DNA from: Chara braunii
Lineage: Eukaryota > Plantae > Charophyceae
NCBI GenBank assembly: GCA_003427395.1
Contig: BFEA01000001.1
Span: 2,284,312-2,348,311 of the forward strand
Reading direction: 5' to 3'
DNA: 64,000 bases
Shown here in pieces: positions 24,866-36,687 of the stretch; positions within the stretch are counted from its first letter, which is position 1; the number at the start of each line of letters is the position of its first letter. Under the pieces are notes generated by a model. The model saw nothing but the letters and a program-made list of their open reading frames with translations. It ran no database searches and was not told the origin of the DNA. The translations under genes and the position numbers were made by a program.

Positions 24866-27800
24866 TCCTCTTCCAACCATCTCGACCATCAATTTTTCTT
24901 AATACCAATTTTTCTCTCTTCTCTTGTTACCTTTTAACATTTTTCTTCTTATTCTCAATCCCTCACTATCTTTTTAAGAGATACAAATTCGCCTCTTTCC
25001 TCTCTTGTTTGTTCCACCCCTTAAAATTTTTGTAGGTAGAGAGTATAAGCAATAATAGTATGTGTAGAGATTAGAGGCAATGCAACTCTTCTCAACTTTC
25101 CAATATAATCCTCATTTAGTTATTTATCAATGTCTCTGCTCAGTCTTCACAGTCACTCGAATCATAAAATACCTTGTCATATCAATAATTTCGTAATCAA
25201 ATTACATCGTTTACTGACCACTGCTAACTCTTCTACAAATATGAAGAACTCTACTTATAAAAGTAAGATTTTTGGACAGGAGAGGTGGTTTTCTTTTATT
25301 TTTGAAAGCTTAATGAATACCCCCACCTACTCGTATGATGAGTGATACATGTGACAATAAGGACTGAGAGAATCAGATAATGGCTTTAACGGAGCCCAAC
25401 CCATAAGATACATCTGTGGCATGTGTGATGAGGTCAATCAATCTAATCTATTGGTTAGCTGAAAGATTGGAGTGTCTAATTAATCCCCACAATGGGGATG
25501 TTCCTTTGGGAAAGAACTGGAAAAGGAAGTGTATAGATCAATCGAGTTTGAGTAAATTGATGTGTGAAAAGAAAAGAGACTGAATAAAGACTGAGATCCT
25601 GAATTTTGGCCCACCACTGAATTTGAGTTTTAGCTAAAGGTAGGATGATCAGGGTGCCCGACGTGATAAAATATCGTTAAAAGAGACTGGAAGTGGTGTA
25701 ATCTCAAGTTTGGCTTTGGATGACTCCCTGTTCGTGATTGTAGCTAGTGAAAAGTGGTTTTATCCACTTGTGGAACTAAAAGTTGGAACGTGTCAGTGAC
25801 TGACCGATTATTCGGCTATTTTAGATTCCTACACTAGTTAGGAATTAACTGAGACTTTGGACCGTTGACACTAGCTTAGTTGTTATGAGGAATTAAGGCC
25901 TAGCGTTGTTATAACTTATTGACCGTTTTAGTCGAAGTTAAGAACTCGAGGAAGTAATCACATAATTTTTTTTAAAAAAATTATGTTTGAATGGTACTTG
26001 GTTTATGCATTCGTTGCGACGGGGACGTCGCTTAATAGGGTCCGGGCAGACTGTCGTACCAAATACCCTTACAAGGGTATTTAGCCTATTTTCTGCAAGT
26101 CGCACCAATGCGGCCTCATCCGCTTGACGGTGCACGAGCGGGAGGTAGTTTAGGTCCTTGCCCGAATGAGTGGCGTGTGCGGGGTATTGACGGCGAGGTG
26201 CAATCATGTGCAACCTGGGTGTGCACGCCGTCATGGGCTAGCAGGACGTGCGACCCTTCGTCCGCTTACCTTTTTCGTGTTTTTACGTTTTACTTTTATT
26301 TTATTATTTATTTGTCTTATTTCAAAAATTTGCTAAAGTTCCTTTGATTCGGTGGTCGGTTCCGAGGCCGACACCGGGCCCGACTAGTCTGGCACAATTG
26401 CTACGTCACCGGACACAGGGTACCGACGAAAAGTCCACCCTACCCACGTTGAAATATGGATTGGAGAGGTCAAAGTATGTGGGAGTGGTGGAGTCCGTGG
26501 TCGTGGCTTCCTTTATTTCCCGTGTGGAGAGTGTCGGTAGCCTAAGGACGGAAGGGAATTGGAGAGCATCCGAGCGGGCCGGTGGGAGGCCACACTATAA
26601 GTCGCACCTCAATTGGAACCCCTTCTCCACTCCGGTTATCAAAAGTTATGTGTTGAATATTTATTTCTGCCGCCAAGATCTCTGTCGGGGACTTGCCTCA
26701 CTTAATCCACGCTTAGGGTTGCAGCGGGCCCGTGTCTGTGACTCTGCGGGTGACTAGTATGAAAAACCGGAGTGAGACTTGTCCGCAACAGGTCGGAAGA
26801 AGTGTCAGGGCTTGCTTGAAGGAAAGGGGGACGGAGGAGGCGGTGGTGAAGCGGCAGCAATGCTGCTGTGCCATTCTGTTGATCGGACTTGGGTATAGGG
26901 ACGAAAGACTAATCGAACCGCCTACGGCAAATCTCCCCTAAGGTTTCCCGTGGGCCGGCTAAAACGACTGCGGAGACCACTGCACTAAGGAGCATAAGGA
27001 TCGAGGGTGAGAAAACGGGAAGGCAGCCAAAGCAGGGGCGAACCTGGGCGACAGTCTGGGCCAGATGCATTCGATATGAAGAGACAGCAAGGGCGATGGC
27101 GGAGAAAGGAGCCGAGCGCAGTCGAGGAAACACAACTCTCTCGTTCCTGAGTGGAATCGAGAGAGGAAAAACGCGATTCCAAGGTTTTGAAGGTTGGCGA
27201 TGCCGATTTTGACGTTAGTTTGAATAGAGGATTAGTAAAAATGCAGTTGGAGGGAAAACGAGTGTGCAAGGATATGTGGGGAAAAAATGGAGACTGTATA
27301 GTTCGCGAGGTACATTGTGAAATCGGGTGAAGGAAAAGCTGATGTCGGGGTTTTTGCCCCGAGCGAGTCCGAAACTGTTGTCAGATATGGACGAAAGTTA
27401 GTAGAAAAGAGGAGTTAGTGGGATAATAGGTGCGCTAAACTATGGCCGAAGGAGAGTTGGTGGGGGAGGAGAAACAAGAGTTCTACTCAAAACTCGGCGG
27501 GATCGGTTAGGGAGAGGACTAAAGTAGGGGTTTTAATGGTGAGCGAACCTGAATCTATGGTTGGAATAAGGTGAAAGGTAGTTTAGGAGTTGTTAAGAGA
27601 AGGTTGTGCGCAAAAGCATAGAGAAGGTGGGCGTGGTTGTGTGAGAAAGCGAAGCTCTCGCTCGTTCTTTGATGGAGACAAGCTAGGGAGGGGTTGTTTT
27701 AAAGGTTTTCACGGGTGGTGAATCAGGTAGGGGTGTTAGTTTTTGAAGCAGCGTAGTGTGGGGAGAGTTCCGAAATTGAGATATACTTCTCATGTTATAA

Positions 27801-28934
27801 GGGAAGGTTCGTTCTCGTTTTGCCCAGGGGAAGTTTGGAAAGGTAGTGTATATTTCCATGTTCTAACAAAAGATTCATACCTGTTTTACTTATCCTAGCG
27901 ATGGGAGTAGTTCTCTCTGATACCCTGCGCTGTACTTGGCCAGAACGGGCATGACAGTTTATGTAAAGCCAAAAAGGGGAGGAACAAACGCAGGAGAGAG
28001 TCAGAAATCGGTTATTGTCGGAGTACAGTCGTTGAACGTGATCGTGCTATTGACCTTATGGCTGCAAAGATCACGCTATCCACCGTCGTTTGAAATTCGC
28101 ACCCGTGTTGCAGGTGGGTAGCAGCAGGTAAGGGTGTGGTGACTCGGCTCATATCTGTCGGGGAGAGAGAGAAGGAGAGCTCGCTTCGAAGACCGGGCCG
28201 GCAGTGCAGAACAAGCAGAAAGTCGAGCTACGGTTTTGAACAGCAGAAGGCAGAGCGGTGGGTTAACCGCACCTATAATTGTCTGTACTTCAGCACCAGT
28301 TTCATCCTCGTACTACACGTGGCTGAGCAAGGGAGCAAGGCCTGCGGTGGCAGCTTGTCCTTGTGCTGATTGCAAGTCCCACTATAGTGGAACTCGTAGT
28401 TCCAACCGGGATGTTTACCATATCTGTCGTGGCTCTGATAGCAGGACTAGTAACCGTGTTTACTGCTGTAGTTGCGAGACTAAGGGTGTCCTTGTTACCC
28501 TACGGTGGTGATAGAGTATTGTTAAATAGAACGGAGGCGGCTACCTTCTTTCCTTTTGAAGCTACTGCTGATTGAGTCCTACATTAGACTGTCGTTTCCC
28601 ACTGTTCAAGTTGAGATGAGAGTTTGTTATTGTGTTATAGAGGACTCTGCTCCCTTCTGAGCCGAGAGTTGTTGTGCACTCGCAGTGTGTCGGCCACTCG
28701 CTTGTGAAGCTACCTCGAGAAAAGATTGCTCACTTATTGGGACTGTTGTCTGTCAAGAGCCCACCGTTTCCCGCTGAGAGGACCCCAACAATGCAAGCGC
28801 GGCTGTTGTTTTTAGGGGATTACAGCTACATGCAGAGCCCTGCTGCTATATTCTTTTTAAGCAGGGGGAGGGGTTGCTGAGATATGGGAAGTAGCCAGGG
28901 GGCTAACAACTGGCAGTCGGATTTTGGTTGACCA

Positions 28935-29212
28935 AGCTGCTGCCGTTTGACCATCATAGCGGGACCCTCAGGCGCATCGAGGCACCAAGGCCCTCTCCTG
29001 GGAGTTGAGTCAGTCCCTCTCCTGTATCTCGAGAGTATGAAACCCCTCCTTCTTTCGTTCTAACTCTCAGTCTAATCCTGTTCTGAGAGGAAGGCGGCAG
29101 GCAGGATTGCAACTCATAGGACCGCAGCAAGACTCTATGGGGAGTCAGCCCACCGATTGCGGGAGCTCTGCTGGAACTCGGGAGGAGTTCTGAAGGCAGG
29201 GAACTGGGAGGT
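28935..29212 (+). promoter_or_regulatory. Conserved block ending in a putative splice donor (unit A)
   Basis: 27-nt identity CCCACCGATTGCGGGAGCTCTGCTGGA with 36308-36334; ends AG|GTAAAAG. Confidence 0.45.
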
Positions 29213-29464
29213 AAAAGTTTCGTTTTCCTCTATAAACCTAATTATAACCGCTATCTGTATCTCTTGCTATGGTTGACTGAGTGTACTGCGTGTACCCTTA
29301 CTTTGACTTTTACGTTTGACTTTCCGGGCATGATTTAGACTAAGTAAATGAATATATGCGCAATGTCAGTTTGAGTTTCATTGTTTGACTGAAAGCGGAT
29401 TGTGGGGTTGCGTCTGGAGGAAGGATGGGAGGAAGGCAGTTTGGCTCGAGTTTAACTTGGTCAA

Positions 29465-30200
29465 CTAAAGTCAGGGTTAATCTTCATAAGATTGGAGGAC
29501 CCAGTGCTATGTTTATTTTCGATTGCCTGAAGGAGTGGACAGGTTCCCAGAAGTGTGGGTGGTCTGGTTGCTCTGATTTGCGAGGGCTGCTTGTGATTGA
29601 CTTTCAGGGACCAAGCATGTTCCATAAGTTTGGGTGACTTGGTCGCCTTGTTTACTTTGGGTTTCTTTCAATTTCTTTAGTTTCTGAACGAGGAGGTCTG
29701 AGCATGTTCCATAAGTTTAGGTGACTCAGCCTCTTCCTGCTTTGGTTTTAAGAGAAATGAACCAGACTGAGGACCAAGACATGTTCTTTAAGTTTGGGTG
29801 GTCTTGGTCCAACGCCATGCACATGCTGGAACCAAAAGACTATAACTTGGCTATACTTTACTGTTATCCTACTTATGAACAGGCTAGTCAGACAGGGTTC
29901 CATAAGTTGGGTGGTCTGACTACAGCTTATCACTAACTGAAGAGAGTACGAATTAAGAATAAACTTGTGGTACGAAGGGGCAGACTGAATCTTGAGCTAA
30001 AGATGATCGGTTCAGTTATATGCTACCGTAAAAGGCTAAGTGCAGATAATTATATAAAACTCAGATACTTAAACAGTTCAGGACGACTAGGCTGGCTAAC
30101 CTAGCCATGTGCCCAAAGAAGAGAAAAGTTGTAGTACCCTGTGTTTGTGAATATTCAATGGTTGAGCTAGACATGTTCCATAAGTTTGGGTGGTCTAGCT
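29465..30200 (+). repeat. Hairpin array, variable stems around a 20-nt core ATGTTCCATAAGTTTGGGTG
   Basis: Clear units at 29609-29644, 29698-29729, 29771-29810, 29885-29922 and 30165-30200, plus degenerate ones. Confidence 0.85.
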
Positions 30201-30489
30201 TTATGCCCTATGTAAGCTGGGTTTAAAGGGATAAATCATTGAAAGATCATGAACTATTGTTTGATAAGGTTGACTTTGGGGATTGTGAGAGTACTTACCT
30301 TTGTGGTTTGACCTGCATGTGGCCGAGTGAGACTACTACTTAGTTTGAGTTTCAGTTTGATAGGTAGTTGCTTTAGTTGCTCGCCACGTGCTAGAGCTAT
30401 AGGAGTTAGTTTTAATTTCATTTTTTGAGTTAAGTTTAGTTTTACTTAAGTCAATTTCTGCATTTTCAGGGATCATTTCTTATCCTTGG

Positions 30490-31050
30490 TTTTGTATAAA
30501 TTTTGGTAAGCTACTTTCTCTACGGGAAGCACTGCCGAAATTTCTGCAAACCCAAGGAGCTCGTTAAATTTTGGTTTTTCAAAGTATAAATTGTATAAAT
30601 TTTATATATGACTTAGTAAAAATGAGGGAAGTCTCATTTTTTAAAAGGAGTGCTGCCAAAATTTTTGCAAATTGAGGGAGTAAGACAAAAATTGGACCTT
30701 GAGAAGTCAAAGTCACTTTAGATTCTGAACTTAGCTTTGTATAAATATTGGATTAATACTTTTCTGAAGGGAGTGTTGTCAAAATTCTTACAAAACTAAG
30801 GAGTTAGTTAAATTTTGTCTTAGTTAAACTCAGGTTTGCTCTGGCTTCATATATGACTTAGTAAAATTTGGAAAGTCTTCTTTTCTAAAGGGAATGCTGC
30901 CCAAATTTTTGTTAATTCAGGGAGTCGAACAAAAAATTGACTTTGGAAAGTTGAACATTATTTTTGTTTTCATATCCGGGCTGATATAAATTCTGAGAAG
31001 GCATTTTTCCTACGGGAAGCGCTGCCTAAATTTTCTTAGATTAGAGGAGA
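30490..31050 (+). repeat. ~120-bp tandem repeat x5 with core GGGAAGCRCTGCCGAAATTT
   Basis: Cores at ~30524, 30647, 30769, 30890 and 31014; two copies in unit B (~38083, ~38168). Confidence 0.85.
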
Positions 31051-34000
31051 TAGATTATATTTTGATAGGTGTCGATCCTGACAATCCATTCTGTATGCGG
31101 GAAATTTTGCCATAGGTCTACCTTTTTTTGGGTATTGACTTAGAGATAGACCTAGGTTTGGTTATCAGGAGAGTCTTGAATGAGAATGTGTCATGGGGAT
31201 TGANNNNNNNNNNNNNNNNNNNNNNNNNNNNNNNNNNNNNNNNNNNNNNNNNNNNNNNNNNNNNNNNNNNNNNNNNNNNNNNNNNNNNNNNNNNNNNNNN
31301 NNNNNNNNNNNNNNNNNNTGATCGATTATATTTTGACAGGTGACGATCCTGACAATCCATTCTGTATGGGGGAAATTTGGCCATAGGTCTACCTTTTTTT
31401 GGGTATTGACTTAAAGATAGACTTAGGCTTGGTTATCAGGATAGTCTTAAATGAGAATGTGTCATGGGGATTTGTTCTCCATACACAAATGATTTAGCTT
31501 GGGCATTGACCAGTCTTATAATACAGACTTTTTTTGGATATTCGATCCAGGATTTGGACTAGTTTCAGCTTGATCCTACGAGGATTATCTTCGGTTATCA
31601 TTGATAATAGGTCGGTTGGTTGATCGTCGACTCGTCGGCTCATGACACAACTTTGCTCACACCTTACCTCAACTCGATTGCCTTATCCCTAAGATTTGAT
31701 ATGCTTCTTTGAGGGTTTTTAACCAGACTTCTTTTAATGACCATTATGAGGAACTTATGAGATTTGTGGAAAGTTGAGCTATGACTGGGGCTGGAGTGTG
31801 TGAGGCGTGGTGAGAGTTACAAAAAACAGTAAAGTTGACCACATTGGTGTATGACAATGTGACTATTGTGTATGCCTATGTTTTATGCAGGTTAGTACGT
31901 GGAGCTTGATATATGAGCCGTACCTTGGAGACAATGAGAATGACAACCATGTGACGCACGATCTGCATACCTGATGAGTTCATGTTTCCCCTTCTTTTAT
32001 TTTATCCCGAGATCTGATTTGTTGGGATGTTTATTTATTTATTGAGTGACTTTGCTTGTTAATTTTGATAGTTGGACGTTGTAGTCCGTGACAGCCGTCA
32101 AAGTCGAACCTCTTGACTTCTCTCCAGGTCCTGGATGATAGAGCTGGTCTCCGGGGCAATAAGAGACGATTACCATCACAGGTATGAACTTGTGTGCCAC
32201 CCACTCTCCGCAGGGTGCAGAAGAGGGTGTGGTTTTCAACCGCACTTGGCGGTTGTCCAGCGTCGAGAGATCAATCCCTCAATGCGCATGTCAGTCGACA
32301 CTTGAGTGTCGAATGCGACCCTCGAGATTAACGAGGATCCCGTGAGTATGGGTATTACATAGTACGCTGTCGGCCCGAATACTCTTACAAGGGTATTTGG
32401 GCGCGTTTTTGCAGCTTACATGAAGTACGTTCTTTGACGATATCTAGGAGCGTGCCCTGTTTTTGAGCGACCACAACCAATTCTCAGGGGTTGGGAGTGA
32501 CACACGCTTTTGAGTTGATTAGAGATTGTGTGAGTGCGCACTTTGGGGGCACGCGTTAGCTTGACCAAACAATTGACCAATGAAAACTATGAGACGTCGG
32601 TAGAGCAAGTTAGTGCTAGGTTAGAATCTTAGATAAAGTCACAGGCTCGCACGCGCGGGCGAAGTTACAGGGCAGCGCAGAGGTGACCAGGTGAGGCTGC
32701 GATTAGGAGTTTGTCTGACTTGCTGAATCCTGGGATTGAGGCTAGCAGCAAGTAGCAGAGGAGTGAAGGAGTGCAGTTTGGAAGATAACTGAGGGGTTGA
32801 GGGTCTTGTGGGACTATCCCTCTTAGTTTTGCGAGGGGTTTCGACAGCGGGCCCATGGGACAGGACCGAGGATCAAGCGTCAACGGTCCTACCCACTTTT
32901 TCTAAGTTTTTATTCTTAAATTTTACTAATATTAATATTTTCATTTTAGTTTTTTCCCATATGGGAAAATTTTACTAATATTAATATTTTCATTTTAGTT
33001 TTTCCCATATGGGACGTGGTCCGGTACCGGTCTCAGGACCGGTCGTGAAACAGTGGATACACCCATGAACTGTTGAAATACAGACCCAAGTTCGGACCAG
33101 ACGGAGTTGCTCGATCGTCTAGCAAGCTATAAGATGGCACGGGGGCACTGTGGCGGAGGCAGCGATACAGCCGGGGAACGCGTTCGGTGGAGTTGGGTAT
33201 ATGGCCGAAAGACTACTCGAACTTCCCGATGGCTGGTTCCTTCCTAAGTTTCCCTCAAGATAGCCGGAGCTGTTGAAGCAATCCGACTGCACGACTGAGC
33301 GACCCTCGACGGAAGAAGGCGAGGCCGCAGGGGCGTGGAGGAAGCGAGAGCAAGGCAAGGGAGAATCAAATGAATCTGGACGCGGGTCCGCGCCAGATAC
33401 AGTCGACGAAAGAGATGGTGGGAATAGAGGAGGTAAAAAACAGTTAACTCACTCGATTCTTGTCGGAATCGAGTGAACTAAGGATGACGATTGGAGTTTC
33501 CTGGGCTGGCGAATTCAGATCTGTAGTCAGAATTAGTAGTAGGTTAGTAGGTTAGTCGGTGTAAGGGAATGTGACCGCGCGGAGCTATGGCGGAGGGGAG
33601 AGGAAAGAGAGAAGAAAGGGCATAGCTCATTCGTTGGTGTACGGATTTGGACGGGGAAAGAGGCGATCCCGGGGTTTTGACCCTGGGCGAATCAGTTTAT
33701 GAAGTCAGTTTTAGAGGAAAGTCAGCAGAAGAGGAGGTTAATAGAAAAGTGGGTGCGCGGAGAGTGTCGGGGAGTTGGACATGGCCGCACGAAGAAGTGC
33801 ACATCTCACTCGATTTTGGATAGAATCGAGGGAGGAAAAAAGGTAGGTAGGGGTTTTGTGCAGGGGCGAAACTGTTAGTAACGTCAGTTTGGCTGCTAGA
33901 TCAGTAGAAAACGAGAAGGAAGAGAATCGCGGTGCGCTGAGATAGTGAGGAGAAGAAAGGGGGGCAGCGGCGTGAGTGAATCCGGTCGGAATCCGGTCCA

Positions 34001-36094
34001 GATGCGCGGAGCAAGCATAGCGCATGCGGATGAGCGAGCGCGCGAGAGGAATAGGTGGAGTAGAAGTTAAGAGGAACGAGGTAATGGGAAGGAGGAAGCA
34101 AAATGGTTGGTAACAACAGCAGACGAACAAAGAACAGTGAGTGGCAAGCACGGAGAGCACGAGGGAGATGAGAGCTAAAGAATAGATGAGCATAGAAGGA
34201 GACGAAGGGGATGACCACGGGAGGAAGGAGTGAAGAATGAGAAAGACGAAAGTTACGAAGAGGTGAGAAGACTGACAGGAAGGGGGAGGGAAGGGGAGTC
34301 AGGCTACGTACCTGGTCGGGGCGTGCCCGCAACTGCAAGGCGATGTAGCAGGCAACCGCCGTAGGTGTATCTTCCCGTGTTCGAGCGGGAGATTCGTTCG
34401 ATATTGCTCATCGTTCGACGGAGGTAGAGCAAGTCCAGCGTGCGGGGGAAAGAGAGTGGAAGAAAAGTAAGTAGGCTTGCCTGCCTGCTATGGTGAAGAT
34501 CGCTCGTCGTACCAATCAGCATCGAAGTCACCGTAGTGATGCGGGTCGTGGTAGTCGGAAGCGCCAGCTCGTTTTCTTTCCGTAGCTGATCTACGTCGAG
34601 TTTCGTTGGTTTCACTGCACATACGTGTAGTTCATGTGACCATGCCACATGGAGAGAGAGACGGGGAGAGGATAGAAGGGAGAAGCATACACACCTGGCG
34701 GTTATGAGAATTTTGCCTCGAAGTGTCCCCCCCCCGGCAAGCCAAGCTCTGAACTTGGTCGGGTTGACGACTAAGTGCAGTTGCACGCAGGAGGTAAGAA
34801 CGACGAAGGAGGCGAGTAGGATGATAGCAACAGGAAAAGAAGGCGAAGAAGCACTTACCTGACGGCTGGAACTGGTGATGTGGATGAACTGGAAGACGAG
34901 TTATGGTGCCAAACTGTGTGCTGACCAACTTCGAACAGGGCTTTTGCGGTAGGTAGGGAGGCAGAGGGAACTTACCGCATGATGGGAGTGCCCGACCGAC
35001 AGTGCGGGATAAACCGAATGTTGAGCTAAGGGGCCATGTTCACCGGGCATGTATTCGCCCATGTTGAGCTAAGAGACTCATTCTGATTTCGCTCATTCAG
35101 TCGGCGGAGGTAGGGTGAAGTAGATCGCGAGGTGGAGGCTTACCAACTGGCGGGCGTGTTTCTTATCATCTGGTTCGTTACAGTGCTACTCATAGCCCGT
35201 GTGCCTTCCTTTTTCGACGGTCTACGGAGTCGTGTTGGCCTCCGGGACCTCAGTGGGGACAGTGTGACATCGTAGGGGGTTCTGTGTGCACAGGGGAAGA
35301 CTGTGGCTTACCTGAATCCTCGTGAAACGGTAGGGGCTTTACTGTGCTTCTGCTGATATTTCTCAAATTGGGCATGGACTCTCTGTGGCGGTGTTGCCAT
35401 TCTAAACATAAGTGGTAACTTCTCTGCTATATTGAACTGTGGGCTAAAGAGACCCTATAGCTAGACTGTATTTGAGTGTTGTGCTTCGCTGTGCCACCAT
35501 TGTGCGATGCTAGGGTTGCTGTTCATTGACCTTGCTAGTGCTAAGATTGCCAAGCCTTGAGCAAACTGGATTTGCTGTGCTTTCGGGGTACTAAAGCTGA
35601 GTCTTTAGGTAGTTGTTTCGGTTTGTCATAACTACTGTTGGATCTTAGGACTGTGCTGCTACTGTGCCTCTGCACTGTGATGCATCTTTAGTTGAACCGT
35701 CTGCTGGGAACAAATACTGTACGCTCTGCTGACTGTGGATTGTTGTACTTACTGGGCACCTTGCCCCAAACCGCTTGCTGGCTATCATGGTGCGCAACAT
35801 TATGGAGGTTTCTGCGAGCTCTCGGTTGTTACATTGATATCACCACGGCTGCTGACTTCATCTGCGCCACTATGCTGTATTTCGTTGTGTACCGCTGCAT
35901 CCCGAATAGACTACGAAGTTGTATCATAATTGAACACGGTCTTTCTGGGCTGTGAGGCAGCAGTCTGGTCAGAGAGAGGGATAAGGGAAGCTTGGAGGAG
36001 TGAATGGGGTTGGTATGGAGGAGGCTAGTGCTACAGTTTTGAGGTTCGGGGGACTGTTACTCTGCGTTTCGGCTGTGATCTGACCATCTGCACT

Positions 36095-36370
36095 GCGTGT
36101 TATTGGCCATCATTGCGGGGCCCTCAGGCGAATCAAGATTTCGAGGCCCTCTCCCGTAAGTGTGAGCGCACCCCTCCAGTATCTGAGAGTCTTAATGTTT
36201 CTTTCGCTATCCTTCTTACTCTAAGTCTAGTCTGAGGCTAGGAGAGGAAGGCCGTAGGCGGGATTGCAACCCGTAGGACCGCGCCAAGGCCTCTGTGGGA
36301 GCTTCGCCCCACCGATTGCGGGAGCTCTGCTGGAGCCCAGGAGGGGTTTTGGAGGCCGGAAACTTCAGGT
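36095..36370 (+). promoter_or_regulatory. Conserved block ending in a putative splice donor (unit B)
   Basis: Homologue of 28935-29212; ends CAG|GTATAAC. Confidence 0.45.
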
Positions 36371-36687
36371 ATAACTTTCGTCTGACGCGTGTGATCCCTT
36401 CCCCTAACTACATTATTCCTTTGCGTACTTGAACATAACTATGAGAGGTTATTACCGCGTATTTTTGTTATGTATGGCAGGACATGCTTTGTGAAGGGTT
36501 AAATAAACAAATATAAATGAGAGTTCAGATAATCCTTCAATGAATTCAGACAAGGGAATTGGGGGAAGGTGGGAGAAAGGTTTTGCATGTGTTTGACCGG
36601 GTCAACTCAAGGCTGAGCCCCTCCGGGTGGATGTGGGCCCAATGCTATGTTTTATTGGTGTTTGTTGGACTGTATGAATGGCTTTAT

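Larger units (their letters stand above)
19200..24900 (-). mobile_element. Decayed Ty3/gypsy gag-pol (gag, PR, RT, RNase H, IN)
   Basis: Protease KILIDSGAEMNF (~23575), RT LYIDD (~22195), VRSFLG, RNase H FIIEADG..LGGVLVQ, integrase ELISDTGS and TTYHPQVNALVERGH, WRGPY (~19225). PR-RT-RH-IN order; many stops and frameshifts. Confidence 0.92.

Noticed and set aside
27100-27760. Repeated peptide (KLT...SP..KT....SSLDS..R) on the minus strand of A/B
   Set aside because: More simply a degenerate DNA repeat containing a CTCGATTC-Nn-GAATCGAG dyad; the frames contain stops.
27914-27923. CTCTGATACC as the reverse complement of a tRNA-Met PBS
   Set aside because: Lies mid-unit with no adjacent LTR boundary, and I did not see it in unit B.
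31050-31470. ~150-bp duplication flanking an N-gap
   Set aside because: Could be a real tandem copy (several substitutions) or a contig/haplotype overlap; unresolvable here.
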